Assembly (NCBI GenBank): GCA_040757795.1
Contig: JBFLWG010000002.1
Coordinates: 1 to 45,481 of the forward strand
Direction of reading: 5' to 3'
DNA: 45,481 nucleotides
From: Candidatus Hadarchaeota archaeon
GTDB lineage: Archaea > Hadarchaeota > Hadarchaeia > Hadarchaeales > Hadarchaeaceae
Both the position numbers and the translations under genes were made by a program. Of this stretch, positions 17,092 through 26,136 are shown one piece after another. The notes beneath the pieces were generated by a model. That model was not told the DNA's origin, made no database searches, and saw only the letters and a list, made by a program, of their open reading frames with translations. The first letter of the stretch is position 1; every line of letters begins with the position of its first letter.

Positions 17092-17260
17092 TTATCTGCT
17101 CAACCTTGTCGCCCAGCAGCTTCTCCGCGCAACTCCAGCACACGAACCCTGCTTTCGGCGCCCCCGGCTTTAGTACTTTGAGGTAGCCGGCGTCGTAGCT
17201 CATAATCTGGACGGCCTTGCCGCAGAGCTTGCACTTTGGTCCTTTCCCCGGCATATCCAC
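17078..17260 (-). CDS. Small zinc-ribbon protein (CxxC...CxxC)
   Basis: 60 aa with CKLCGK ... CWSCAE. Lies immediately upstream of, and overlaps or abuts, the AEP gene. Confidence 0.5.
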   Translation of the reverse strand: MDMPGKGPKCKLCGKAVQIMSYDAGYLKVLKPGAPKAGFVCWSCAEKLLGDKVEQIIAPE

Positions 17261-17307
17261 CTAATCAGCTCTGCGTCCAAGGTTAATAACTTCCGCACCT
17301 AAACCAC

Positions 17308-17979
17308 GTGAAGAAAATGATGCAAATCCTGCGTGCGCCAAAAATCGACCTCAAGACCCTGATTAAAATCCAGGAAAAAATCGTCTGGCAGGTGAGGCGT
17401 CGGGACGGTTTAAAGAAACTGCGGAGGATAGCCGGCTGCGACATATCTTTTGCCAGGAGAAACATTGCCTACGCTGCCTGCGTGGTGCTCGACTACCGGA
17501 CCCTTGAAGTTCTCGAAAAAAAAGTCGTGAAGGTGAAGCTCAGGTTTCCCTACATCCCCACATTTCTCGCATTCAGAGAGTTGGAGGGCATGCTCCTTGC
17601 CGTTAAGGAGATGGAAGCGGACGTCTACGTGGTGGGTGCCCAAGGCCTCGCCCATCCGCGAAGAGCAGGCCTCGCCTGCCACCTCGGAGTTGTATTGGAC
17701 AAGCCAGTCATCGGGGTGGCGAAATCAATCCTTGTGGGAAAAGCTGCGGTGCCGGCCAATCGCAGGGGCGCCCAGACTCCTATAAAGGAGAAGGGGGAAA
17801 TTATCGGGGCAGCAGTCAGGTCAAATGCTGGCTCCAAGCCCGTCTACGTCAGCATCGGCAACAAGATCTCACTAAAGACCGCGGTAAAAATTTCAATTGA
17901 TACAACAAGGGGGCACAGGCTGCCGGAGCCTCTTCAAAAGGCCCACGAGCTGGCCACTGAAGCAGCGCGACGGCTTTAA
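17308..17979 (+). CDS. nfi: Endonuclease V
   Basis: AGCDISF...YIPTFLAFRE...VVGAQGLAHPRRAGLACHLGV...PVIGVAKS are EndoV catalytic blocks. GTG 17308 or ATG 17317 as start. Confidence 0.9.
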   Translation: MKKMMQILRAPKIDLKTLIKIQEKIVWQVRRRDGLKKLRRIAGCDISFARRNIAYAACVVLDYRTLEVLEKKVVKVKLRFPYIPTFLAFRELEGMLLAVKEMEADVYVVGAQGLAHPRRAGLACHLGVVLDKPVIGVAKSILVGKAAVPANRRGAQTPIKEKGEIIGAAVRSNAGSKPVYVSIGNKISLKTAVKISIDTTRGHRLPEPLQKAHELATEAARRL

Positions 17980-18002
17980 CGTGGGGAGATGTTGGGATAT
18001 TG

Positions 18003-18860
18003 ATGAAAGTCGGCCTCTCAAACCTGTTGTTCGTGAGAAGCTCCGTCGAGAAAAGCGTGGAAAAGTGTGCTGAACTCGGAGCAGATTTCATAGAGATAAT
18101 CTACGACTTCCCTCACTTCATGCCCGGGCACGACCCCCACGAGCTCAGGGCTCTGCGCAGGCTGATAGAGCACAACGGGCTCGGCGTCTCGGTCCATGGG
18201 TCTTTCTGGGACTTGAACCCCGCCAGCCACAGGCCGGAACTCTGGAAGCTCTCGCTCGACCAGGCGAAGAAAAGCCTTCAGGCATGTAGCATCCTCGGCG
18301 GGAAAATCACGGTGCTCCATCTTGGCAGGTGCCCTATCTCGGACCTCAAGTGGTTCATGGATGGGTCGAAGAGACTGTACGACAGGTTCATCAAGGAGTG
18401 CCTTGGTTATGCTCGAAAGCTTGACATCACCATTGCGTTGGAAAACATGGACCTATCTTTCATTCCTTACTCCACGCTGCCGGAGCTCAACAATCTGACG
18501 GACCGCTTTGATGGGCTGAAAGTTTGTCTGGATGTGGGGCACGCCTACCGCAAGAATGACGTGTGGCGCCCTTACCAAAGTGGCAAAACACAGAAAAAGA
18601 AAAACAGGGAGGCAAAGATCGCCAGGAACGTGAAACGGTTGGGAGACAAGATTGTCCACGTTCACTTCCACGACAACCACGGCGGGAACGACGACCACTT
18701 GGTGCCGGGCCAAGGCAAAATGAACTTCGGCCCCATCGTGAAGGCAATCAAGGGCACAGGCTTTGATGGGTTTGTTGTCATTGAGCTCTTCGACCCGGGG
18801 AACGCGGAGAAAGCCGGGAGGGCCGGGCTGGAAGCAACGAGGAGAATATTTGGACTTTAA
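18003..18860 (+). CDS. Xylose-isomerase-like TIM-barrel protein (sugar phosphate isomerase/epimerase, AP-endonuclease-2 superfamily)
   Basis: GADFIEI, SVHGSFWDLN, ALENM, LDVGHA, VHFHDN and VIELF follow the typical metal-ligand pattern of this fold. Contains a Lys-rich insertion (QSGKTQKKKNREAKIARN). Confidence 0.7.
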   Translation: MKVGLSNLLFVRSSVEKSVEKCAELGADFIEIIYDFPHFMPGHDPHELRALRRLIEHNGLGVSVHGSFWDLNPASHRPELWKLSLDQAKKSLQACSILGGKITVLHLGRCPISDLKWFMDGSKRLYDRFIKECLGYARKLDITIALENMDLSFIPYSTLPELNNLTDRFDGLKVCLDVGHAYRKNDVWRPYQSGKTQKKKNREAKIARNVKRLGDKIVHVHFHDNHGGNDDHLVPGQGKMNFGPIVKAIKGTGFDGFVVIELFDPGNAEKAGRAGLEATRRIFGL

Positions 18861-18868
18861 GGTCTTCC

Positions 18869-19096
18869 ATGAAAACCGTGAAAATAAGGGTGGTGCCGAA
18901 CGCGAAGAAGGATGAAGTCTTGGACAAGGGAGAATTTCTCAAAGTCTATGTGACATCCCCACCCGCGGATGGCAGGGCCAATAAGGCCGTGGTTGAAGCC
19001 TTGGCAGAATTTTTTGCTGTGAGAAGAAGTAGCGTCAGGATAATCAGGGGCGAAAAGTCAAGAGAGAAAATTATTGCAATCGATGAAGAAACGTGA
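18869..19096 (+). CDS. DUF167/YggU-family protein
   Basis: 75 aa. VKIRVVPNAKKDEV...PPADGRANKAVVEALAEFF...VRIIRGEKSREK. Confidence 0.75.
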   Translation: MKTVKIRVVPNAKKDEVLDKGEFLKVYVTSPPADGRANKAVVEALAEFFAVRRSSVRIIRGEKSREKIIAIDEET

Positions 19097-19102
19097 TTTT
19101 GT

Positions 19103-20683
19103 TCAACTTATCTCTGCCACAACCGTCGTGAACACCGGCCCTCGGATGTCTATGCGCTTGTTGTTCGCCGTGATGTATCGCTGCCCCACGTCGTCTATCA
19201 CTAGGTTAATGTCGCTCGGCAATTTTACATTCCTCGCTCTGACCTGCACCTGGCGCTCGCCCTTCTCAGCCGCGTTCTCTATCTCACTAGCGGCCAGAGC
19301 AGCGAAAGCGTCGATGAACCTGATGTTGGTCGCCGAGCCCTTCGCCCTGACCTCGGCCAGAAACTCGTCGTCCTTCCAGCCCTTGGGAGGCAGCCCGACC
19401 ATGTTTCCGTCAAAGATATAAACTTCATTGAAACCTGCCGGCCCTATCAGCTTCGTGTTGCTCTCGGGCTCCACCACTTTCACTTTCGCCCGCATGCCAA
19501 GAAGCTCCCCCTCAAAAGCCGTGAACTCGCAGGGGCTCGGCTCATCCGCGTGTTGTTCAGCCTCCTTGACGATCCTGTCCATTATCTTCCACCCGACTTC
19601 AGTCCTCGGCCTGCGATCAATTTTCACCAGCTTCACCAGCTCGGCATCCGAGAATTCCGCCTGCTTGTAGACGTGGGGGAAAACAACCGCCCTGATGTCC
19701 TCCTCCCCTGTTTCTATCATCAACATCCTCTCCAGCCCGACCCCGAGGTTGAAGACCGGGTAAGGGATGTCGTAATTGCTCAGCGCCACCGGGCTGTAGA
19801 AACCCGCGTCGCCCACCTCAACAAAGTCCCCCGTCCGCGGATGCTTCACAAAAATCTCGGACTCCGTCTGTGGGGCATAGTACTTGGACGTGGCCTTCTT
19901 CCTTTCCATCTTGATTTCATTGAAGCCAAGCTTCGCGAGGACCTCCTTCACCAGCCGCTCGCCGTCCTCCAGGCTCATCCTCTCCGTCATGACGACTATT
20001 GAGGCAGTCCAAGACTCGTAGAGGTGGTGCGCGTCCAGCTTCTGCTCGCGCCTGAACTTCGGCCCGATTGAGAACAATTGCAACGGAAGCGGCTCCTTCT
20101 TCTGGAGCTCCTTGAGAACCCCGAACCATCCCGCGCTCGTGTGCGACCTGAGCGTCAAATCCATCGGCACGGGCTTCAGCTCCCTGAACTTCGGGAATAG
20201 CGTGAGGACTGCCGTGGCCTGCTCCTCGCTAAGCCCCAGCTCACTCACCATAGTCTCAACGAGGTTGTCGGAGTCTATCTTTCCCTTCTTGTACTGCCTG
20301 AATATCGCCTGGAGCTTCCTCACGTCCTTGAAGCCCGGCGCTACTTTCTTCAGCTGCTGGAGGTTCTTCTGGCTTATCCCGATGTCAGGCCGTTCCAGCC
20401 CGGCAAGGAAGAATACCCTGTCAAGGATCACCGCGGACTCCGGCCCATACTGCGTCTGGACTTCCCGCTTGTCCACGAGGATAGGCACGACAACTTCCGT
20501 GAACCCGAGTTCAAGAAGCGCCCACCTTGCCCGCTCAATCAAGTCGTAAAGTGGGTGTGGCCTCTGCTTTTTCTGTACTGAATAAAATGTCCCTTCTTTC
20601 TCAATGAGATTTCCTCCCTCGACCCACGCCGTCTCATAGTCTTTCTTCGCAAGAGCGCGTATCTTACCCGTGTCGAACTTCAT
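19103..20683 (-). CDS. sepS: O-phosphoseryl-tRNA(Cys) synthetase (SepRS)
   Basis: 526 aa. N-terminus MKFDTGKIRALAKKDYETAWVEG..., HPLYDLIERARWALLELGFTEVV and AVILDRVFFLAGLERPDIGIS are collinear with methanogen SepRS sequences as recalled. Class II core present. Confidence 0.85.
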   Translation of the reverse strand: MKFDTGKIRALAKKDYETAWVEGGNLIEKEGTFYSVQKKQRPHPLYDLIERARWALLELGFTEVVVPILVDKREVQTQYGPESAVILDRVFFLAGLERPDIGISQKNLQQLKKVAPGFKDVRKLQAIFRQYKKGKIDSDNLVETMVSELGLSEEQATAVLTLFPKFRELKPVPMDLTLRSHTSAGWFGVLKELQKKEPLPLQLFSIGPKFRREQKLDAHHLYESWTASIVVMTERMSLEDGERLVKEVLAKLGFNEIKMERKKATSKYYAPQTESEIFVKHPRTGDFVEVGDAGFYSPVALSNYDIPYPVFNLGVGLERMLMIETGEEDIRAVVFPHVYKQAEFSDAELVKLVKIDRRPRTEVGWKIMDRIVKEAEQHADEPSPCEFTAFEGELLGMRAKVKVVEPESNTKLIGPAGFNEVYIFDGNMVGLPPKGWKDDEFLAEVRAKGSATNIRFIDAFAALAASEIENAAEKGERQVQVRARNVKLPSDINLVIDDVGQRYITANNKRIDIRGPVFTTVVAEIS

Positions 20684-21266
20684 GCTTCTCCCTCAGGGCC
20701 CGCTCCAGCCTCTCCTGCCTGAGTGCCATCGTGAGGTCTCCGCGCGTCTTCTCGATTATCTGCCTAGCGGCGTCCTGCTTTCGCCTCATCCCCGGAAGGA
20801 CGGCGTCCGCGTAGTCGAACTCCATCATGAAATCGAACATCTCCTCCATGAACTTGAGGGTCGCCTCAGCCCTCTTTACATCCCCCTCCCTTATTGAATC
20901 CAGCGCCATCCTCCTGAGCTCCCCGACAGCGTCAGCCATTCCGGAAAGGTACGGCTTGTAGGGGACTTTTATCTCATCAGGCAGAAAAAGCCTGCCATTC
21001 TGGGCGATCCCCCTGACCAGCTCCGCTTCGGCGTACTCCTGCTGCGCCGAAAAAATTATCCCAGAAGAGGCGAGCTCCTTGTCATCCTTCACGAGCTTGA
21101 GCGCGGCCGCCATTTTCCTTCTTGCGTCCACCAGGAACTTCTGGCTCAACGCCCTGTCGTTCCTGTGTATGGCGCTTATGGCCCTTGAAGCGCTTCTTAT
21201 GACATCCCTCGACATCTCGGAAACTTTTTCCCTGAGCACCGCCTGTGAGTCAAAATGCCCGCGCAT
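20664..21266 (-). CDS. Translin-family protein (archaeal translin/TRAX-like)
   Basis: Helical protein with EYAEAELV and YLSGMADAVGELRR blocks typical of translin. Start placed at ATG 21266; the ORF-track start at 21380 would overlap the CBS gene. The 3' end overlaps the sepS start by 20 nt. Confidence 0.7.
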   Translation of the reverse strand: MRGHFDSQAVLREKVSEMSRDVIRSASRAISAIHRNDRALSQKFLVDARRKMAAALKLVKDDKELASSGIIFSAQQEYAEAELVRGIAQNGRLFLPDEIKVPYKPYLSGMADAVGELRRMALDSIREGDVKRAEATLKFMEEMFDFMMEFDYADAVLPGMRRKQDAARQIIEKTRGDLTMALRQERLERALREKHEVRHG

Positions 21267-21309
21267 TTTTCCTAGCAGTTTTTTCAAGGGATCCCGACCG
21301 GATTGGCCT

Positions 21310-21777
21310 TCAGGCCGGCAGCTTGCGTCTCCTCGGCGTGAGGTATATTTCTGGAATCCTTGGAAGAAGGTAAGGCGCAAGGATTTTGGACGCCCGCCCT
21401 ATGTCGCTGGAGGTTACTATCCCGACAACATGCCCCTCCTCAACGACAGGGACCCTTCTTATCGAATGTTCGTCCATGATTTTCGCGACTTCTAACATCG
21501 GGGTCTCCGGCCCGACCGTCAGGAGAGGCTGGGACATTATTTTTTCTACAGTTGCAGTGTCCAGTTTCAGCCCTTCAACAACAGCCCTGACCAATATGTC
21601 CCTGTCTGTGATCAAGCCCATCGGCTTTTCCCCCCGGACGACCACTAGGCTCCCGACCTCTTTCCTTGTCATGAGTTTCGCTGCTTCCAGAATGCTGGCA
21701 TTGATGTCAACCGTGGCCACTTCCTTTGTCATGAAATCCCTCGCGTACACGACCATATCATCCCTCCGAACTATCAC
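21310..21777 (-). CDS. CBS-domain pair protein
   Basis: Two CBS repeats (FMTKEVATV...GLITDRDILV; IMSQPLLTV...VGIVTSSDI). Confidence 0.85.
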   Translation of the reverse strand: MIVRRDDMVVYARDFMTKEVATVDINASILEAAKLMTRKEVGSLVVVRGEKPMGLITDRDILVRAVVEGLKLDTATVEKIMSQPLLTVGPETPMLEVAKIMDEHSIRRVPVVEEGHVVGIVTSSDIGRASKILAPYLLPRIPEIYLTPRRRKLPA

Positions 21778-21837
21778 TACCTAAATCACTTCGCGGCTTA
21801 AATATTTCTGGTGTGGCCGGAATCCAAGGAGAACGCG

Positions 21838-22761
21838 CTATCTTTTCAAAAGGGCCACGCGGCTTGGTTCCGAATCGTTCGCCATCCTGTACCCAACTTC
21901 CCCCGCGAGCTTCTCAGCGAACGCCATGACCTCCTGATGAAGCGGCATGTTTTCCATTTTGAGCCTCTTTCTTGAGAACCCCACCCAGATGTACCCCTTC
22001 ACCTCGAGGAAGTCGCAGCCGGTCTTTTCAACCAGCTTTGCGTAGCCAGCGGGGTTCTCCATGTTCAGCCCTTTCGCGAGAGTAAGGCGGACAGCCTTCC
22101 GGCAGCTGAAGGAAGGCATGAGCTCCAGGCTCCTGTTGAGTTTTTCCCACCCCCCTGCCACCGGCCGGCATGTCCTTTCATACGTGGCTTCGTCGGGCGC
22201 CACGAGGGAGATGTAGATCTGGGTTGGCTCAACAATTTTTTCCAAGACCTCGGGGTGCTGCCCGTTCGTGACCAGGAAACTGGTCATCCTCCTTTTTTCA
22301 CACTCCATGATCATCTCATTTATTTTGGGATAGATGGTGGGCTCCCCTGCAAGGGAAATCGCGCACTGCTTCGGGTTCTGGGCCTCCTTGAACTTCTGCT
22401 TGTCCACCGCAGGGTTGCCCCCGAACCCGCTGAGCAGAAGCCTCTGGGCCGAAATGGCGCCGTCTAGTATTTCAGCTGGGTCGTCGGCCCCCCCACTCCA
22501 ACTCGGCATCGTCATGTCTGTGTTGCGCCAGCAGAAGACGCAGCGGTGGTCGCAAAAGGGGAGGCTTGGGGTGAGCTGCAGGCAGCGGTGGCTCTTGATT
22601 CCAAGTTCCGAGGTGTAGAACTGCTCCTTGTAACAGGCGCCTTCACCCAGCAGGCTCTTTTTTGTCCAGTGGCAGACTTTGACAGCGCTGTGCCCGCTCT
22701 CCCCCACGACCCTGTACCCCGACCGCTCAAGTTTGGGAATTTCTGGGCTGAATGCCGCCAT
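21838..22761 (-). CDS. taw1: tRNA 4-demethylwyosine synthase (radical SAM, Taw1/TYW1)
   Basis: HSAVKVCHWTKKSL...CYKEQFY...CDHRCVFCWR cluster motifs, 307 aa. Confidence 0.85.
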   Translation of the reverse strand: MAAFSPEIPKLERSGYRVVGESGHSAVKVCHWTKKSLLGEGACYKEQFYTSELGIKSHRCLQLTPSLPFCDHRCVFCWRNTDMTMPSWSGGADDPAEILDGAISAQRLLLSGFGGNPAVDKQKFKEAQNPKQCAISLAGEPTIYPKINEMIMECEKRRMTSFLVTNGQHPEVLEKIVEPTQIYISLVAPDEATYERTCRPVAGGWEKLNRSLELMPSFSCRKAVRLTLAKGLNMENPAGYAKLVEKTGCDFLEVKGYIWVGFSRKRLKMENMPLHQEVMAFAEKLAGEVGYRMANDSEPSRVALLKR

Positions 22762-22762
22762 C

Positions 22763-23746
22763 CTACTCCCTTGGGTTCAGCTTTTGCTGCAATAGCTTTA
22801 GGAAATGCTTCTTTACTTCGCCTAGCTTGCCCTCCCCGTTGGCGCTTGCCGCCCCCGGGTGGCCGCCGCCGCTGCCATTGAACTGCTTGCCCACCTCCTC
22901 CATCATCTCCCCGAGGTGGATCCTGGTCCGCTCTATGAGCTCCGGCCTGGCCCTGCCGCTGAGCCTGACCTTTCCTTTTTCCTCAGACCCGACCAACGCT
23001 AGGTCGGCCCCGATTCTTACAAACATCGAGGCGGCATCCCCCTCAAACGAACCCAACTCAGAAAAAACAACCAGGTTTCCATTAATCCTGTGTAGCTCCG
23101 AGCGGCCGGCGGCCTTCAGCATCGCGACCCTTTTGGACGGGTCGTCCGGCTGCCTCATCAGCTCCATGACCTTCTCGTATTCGGCGCCGGCCTCCAGCAG
23201 GCTGTTGATTGCCGTGAATGTCCCGGGCTTGGCCAACCTGAAATGTGCAGTGTCGCTGATTATTCCAGCCAGGAGGAGGGAGGCCTGCGCGGGGGACGGC
23301 TTTGCCCCCAGCTCTTGGACAAGCTTCAGAACAAGTTCGGACTCGGAGGGAAAGTCGTCGCGGACAAGGTAAAATTCCGCCGCGTTTTTCATCTCCTCCA
23401 CCGGCCTGTGATGATCAATGACTGCGATTTTTTTGCCCGACTCTTTGAGCTTTTTCCCGAACTCCCCGAGGTGGCCGAAGCTTGAGGTGTCCACCATCAC
23501 CACAATGTCTTGGTCTAGCAGGGGGTTGACGGCCACCTCCCTTCCGAAGGCCTTGAGAATTGATTGGGCAAATGACGAGATGTCGTCGGCCGCCCCGGCT
23601 CTGGCTCTCCCGCCCAGCTGGGTCAGAACCTCGGCAAGAACAACCGAGCTTGCCACGGCGTCAGGGTCGGCGTTGTGGTGGCAAAGGACAAGAACACTCT
23701 GGCCGCTCCTGACAGCTCCCAGCAAAAAATTGGCCGCTTCCCTCAT
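22763..23746 (-). CDS. DHH-family phosphoesterase (NrnA-like oligoribonuclease / pAp phosphatase)
   Basis: LCHHNADPDAVAS, MVDTSS, VIDHH and GGGHPGAASA motifs. Confidence 0.8.
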   Translation of the reverse strand: MREAANFLLGAVRSGQSVLVLCHHNADPDAVASSVVLAEVLTQLGGRARAGAADDISSFAQSILKAFGREVAVNPLLDQDIVVMVDTSSFGHLGEFGKKLKESGKKIAVIDHHRPVEEMKNAAEFYLVRDDFPSESELVLKLVQELGAKPSPAQASLLLAGIISDTAHFRLAKPGTFTAINSLLEAGAEYEKVMELMRQPDDPSKRVAMLKAAGRSELHRINGNLVVFSELGSFEGDAASMFVRIGADLALVGSEEKGKVRLSGRARPELIERTRIHLGEMMEEVGKQFNGSGGGHPGAASANGEGKLGEVKKHFLKLLQQKLNPRE

Positions 23747-23755
23747 GGGGCAACC

Positions 23756-24124
23756 TCAGCTGGCCGCTTCCGGCGTTGGTTGGCTTTTGAGAGATTGGTC
23801 CAGCTTCTCCCGCATCTCCTGCAGGCGCTGCATCGCTCGCTCTTCCTGCCTCTGGATTGTCTTAACCCGGAGGTCGATGGTCTCCTTCTCCTCAGTCAGG
23901 TTCTTCTCGACATCCTTCTTGCTGGACTTTACGAGAATCGTCCCGACGCTCTTGTAGACTGTGGCGTCATCCTGGAGCTTCCCTAGCTCCTCTATCGCCC
24001 TTTCGGTCTCGTGCAGGAGGACCTCGAGCTGCTGCCTCTGGCTGAGTAGTGCCTGGGCCTGCTGCTGCACCTGCTGGAACTGCGCCAGCTGATGCCTCAT
24101 CTGCGGTGATAGTTTTTCCATCAT
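23756..24124 (-). CDS. pfdB: Prefoldin beta subunit
   Basis: Coiled-coil / beta-hairpin / coiled-coil pattern (QLAQFQQVQQQAQAL...VYKSVGTILVK...RQEERAMQRLQEM). Start placed at ATG 24124. Confidence 0.85.
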   Translation of the reverse strand: MMEKLSPQMRHQLAQFQQVQQQAQALLSQRQQLEVLLHETERAIEELGKLQDDATVYKSVGTILVKSSKKDVEKNLTEEKETIDLRVKTIQRQEERAMQRLQEMREKLDQSLKSQPTPEAAS

Positions 24125-24377
24125 TTTCCTTCCCGACCATGTCCCGCGCAACCGTCGCCCACCTCAGGAACGAGTTCAGGGCCGCGCGCAGGGAGGCCGT
24201 ATCCTCAGCTTCTACACGGAGGCATAAAACGCTTTTCCTGCGGGTGATGCTGGCCTTGCACTTTGCGGATGGGGGGAGTTGCTCCTCGGGCCTGACCGCC
24301 CTCAGCACCGCCTCTGCCTCCTTGGGACTTTTGAACTCAAGCTCGACCACGCCTATCGCTGCTTCAGCTTTTGCCAT
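23967..24377 (-). CDS. pcc1: KEOPS subunit Pcc1 with an unusually long low-complexity C-terminal extension that overlaps pfdB out of frame
   Basis: MAKAEAAIGVVELEFKSPKEAEAVLRAV...LRVEAEDTASLRAALNSFLRWATVARDMV is Pcc1-like. The frame stays open for about 55 more codons, to 23967. Confidence 0.7.
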   Translation of the reverse strand: MAKAEAAIGVVELEFKSPKEAEAVLRAVRPEEQLPPSAKCKASITRRKSVLCLRVEAEDTASLRAALNSFLRWATVARDMVGKENDGKTITADEASAGAVPAGAAAGPGTTQPEAAARGPPARDRKGDRGAREAPG

Positions 24378-24408
24378 GAGACTTCTCCAACGGATCTGTA
24401 AATCAATT

Positions 24409-24648
24409 TCAGCTCTGCTTCTGGGCGGATGCCAAAGAAGGCTGGTAAGCCCCTCCGGCAAACTTGACCCCGCAACGCCCGCACTCCCAAATGGCGGTGC
24501 TGACTCTCCTGACCCTGACTGCCCCACAGCTCGGGCACTTGTACGTTTGCTTGGCCTTCTGCTGCACTTCCCCATACAGCCTTCTAATCTTTCCGCCGTA
24601 ACGTGGCCCGAACTTGCCAGTTATTCCCACTTTTTTTGTTCTAGGCAT
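24409..24648 (-). CDS. rpl37ae: 50S ribosomal protein L37Ae (eL43)
   Basis: GKFGPRYG...CPSCG...WECGRCG zinc ribbon. Confidence 0.95.
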   Translation of the reverse strand: MPRTKKVGITGKFGPRYGGKIRRLYGEVQQKAKQTYKCPSCGAVRVRRVSTAIWECGRCGVKFAGGAYQPSLASAQKQS

Positions 24649-24652
24649 CTTC

Positions 24653-25417
24653 TTACTCCAGAAGCTTTCTGAACTCGACAGCCTTTTCCCTCACAAGAGA
24701 GTAGGCCTGCAGCGCCTCTTCCTTGGTGAAGTACCCTGCGCCGCCCTTCTGCATCGCGCAAATGCTTCCGTCCTCCGTGGTTATCAGAGTCAACCTGGCC
24801 TCCATCACCTGCTCCTCGTCCAAGCTAGGGTCGACCAGAAGCTGCCCGTTTATCTTCGCGACGGTAACGGCCACGGGCTTCTTTCTCAGTGGAAACTCGG
24901 GCTGTGTCCACGCCTCGTCCTCAGGCGGCTTCACGTCAAGCAGCGCAGCCATTGCCGCAAGCGCCGCGGCATCCAGCAGGTTCCCGTCGTGGTCAAGGAC
25001 ATCTATGTCAATGAAGACCGACCAGACCTCCTCACCTGATTTTATAGACAGTTTCTCGAGGTCTATCGTTTCAGATTCTCTGACACCCCTGTCCACAACC
25101 CTCGCAAGCTCGATGGCCTCCACCTTCGGCGGCCCCGGCTCGAAGAGCGGGAACGCCATCGGCAGCAGTTCCGAGTTCACCATCAGTATGCCGCTGTCAG
25201 GTGTGTCCGGGAAAGGTTCTCCCTTCCCAAGCTTCACCCCGACGAGCACATGCGTCTTGCCAAGCTTGACTCTCGCCGATCCATTTGCGGTCTTTATCAC
25301 GCCTTTCTCGACGGTCGCTTCCCTTAGCTGGTCCAGAGTTCTCTCGTCTGCCCTCTTGCCCTGCTGGACAAGTGAGATCACGTAATCCCGTTTTACTTTT
25401 GAAGCTATCTCCATCAT
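24653..25417 (-). CDS. rrp42: Exosome complex component Rrp42
   Basis: RNase PH-like, 254 aa. [34 protein letters not shown]. Position downstream of rrp41. Confidence 0.9.
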   Translation of the reverse strand: MMEIASKVKRDYVISLVQQGKRADERTLDQLREATVEKGVIKTANGSARVKLGKTHVLVGVKLGKGEPFPDTPDSGILMVNSELLPMAFPLFEPGPPKVEAIELARVVDRGVRESETIDLEKLSIKSGEEVWSVFIDIDVLDHDGNLLDAAALAAMAALLDVKPPEDEAWTQPEFPLRKKPVAVTVAKINGQLLVDPSLDEEQVMEARLTLITTEDGSICAMQKGGAGYFTKEEALQAYSLVREKAVEFRKLLE

Positions 25418-26136
25418 TTCTCCTCCTTAACCTCGTACTTCTTCTTCAATGCTTCTCTCTGCGCGTCATAAATCTTTCCGCATCCCTGGAAGGCTAGGTC
25501 AAGCGCCTGGTTGAACTCCTCCCCTGTGAAGTGTCCGTCCATCTGCAGCAGGGTTATCGCATTTTTCCTAGGCATTATCGCCACAGGCATGTCTGTCTGC
25601 CCGAGCTGGTCCTCATCCTTGAACAAGTCGATAACTATCGTGTCGTCGACTTTCCCCACCGCCACAGAAGAAATCAGATCCTTCATGGGGATTCCAGCAT
25701 CCGCCAACGCCACCGACGCCGCGTTTATTCCTGCGGTCCTGGTCCCGGCGTCCGCCTGCAACACCTCTATGAAGACATCTATGACGGACCTTGGGTAAAG
25801 CTCAAGGAACATCACAGGCTCTATCGCTTCCTTGGTGACTTTGGAGATTTCCATTGACCTTCTGTCGGGTCCGGGCCTTTTCCTGTCGTCCACAGAGAAA
25901 GGCGCCATGTTGTACCTGCACCTGAGCACCGCCATGTCAGGCTTTGCGTCATGTCTTGGGTGCATCTCCCTTGGACCATACACTGCGGCGAAGACCTTGT
26001 TGTTGCCCATCTCTATGTAGGCAGAGCCGTCCGCTCTCTCAAGCGGCCCGGCGACAATCTTCAGCGGTCTAAGTTCATCTGGAGCTCTTCCGTCAAGCCT
26101 CTTCCCGTCAACTATCAGCTTCTCTGGTTTGTCCAT
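25414..26136 (-). CDS. rrp41: Exosome complex exonuclease Rrp41
   Basis: [36 protein letters not shown]...VYGPRE. RNase PH fold. Confidence 0.95.
   Translation of the reverse strand: MDKPEKLIVDGKRLDGRAPDELRPLKIVAGPLERADGSAYIEMGNNKVFAAVYGPREMHPRHDAKPDMAVLRCRYNMAPFSVDDRKRPGPDRRSMEISKVTKEAIEPVMFLELYPRSVIDVFIEVLQADAGTRTAGINAASVALADAGIPMKDLISSVAVGKVDDTIVIDLFKDEDQLGQTDMPVAIMPRKNAITLLQMDGHFTGEEFNQALDLAFQGCGKIYDAQREALKKKYEVKEEK

Noticed and set aside
24378-24575. N-terminal 66-aa extension of the Pcc1 ORF.
   Set aside because: It overlaps rpl37ae in another frame and is low complexity. Pcc1 similarity starts at ATG 24377.
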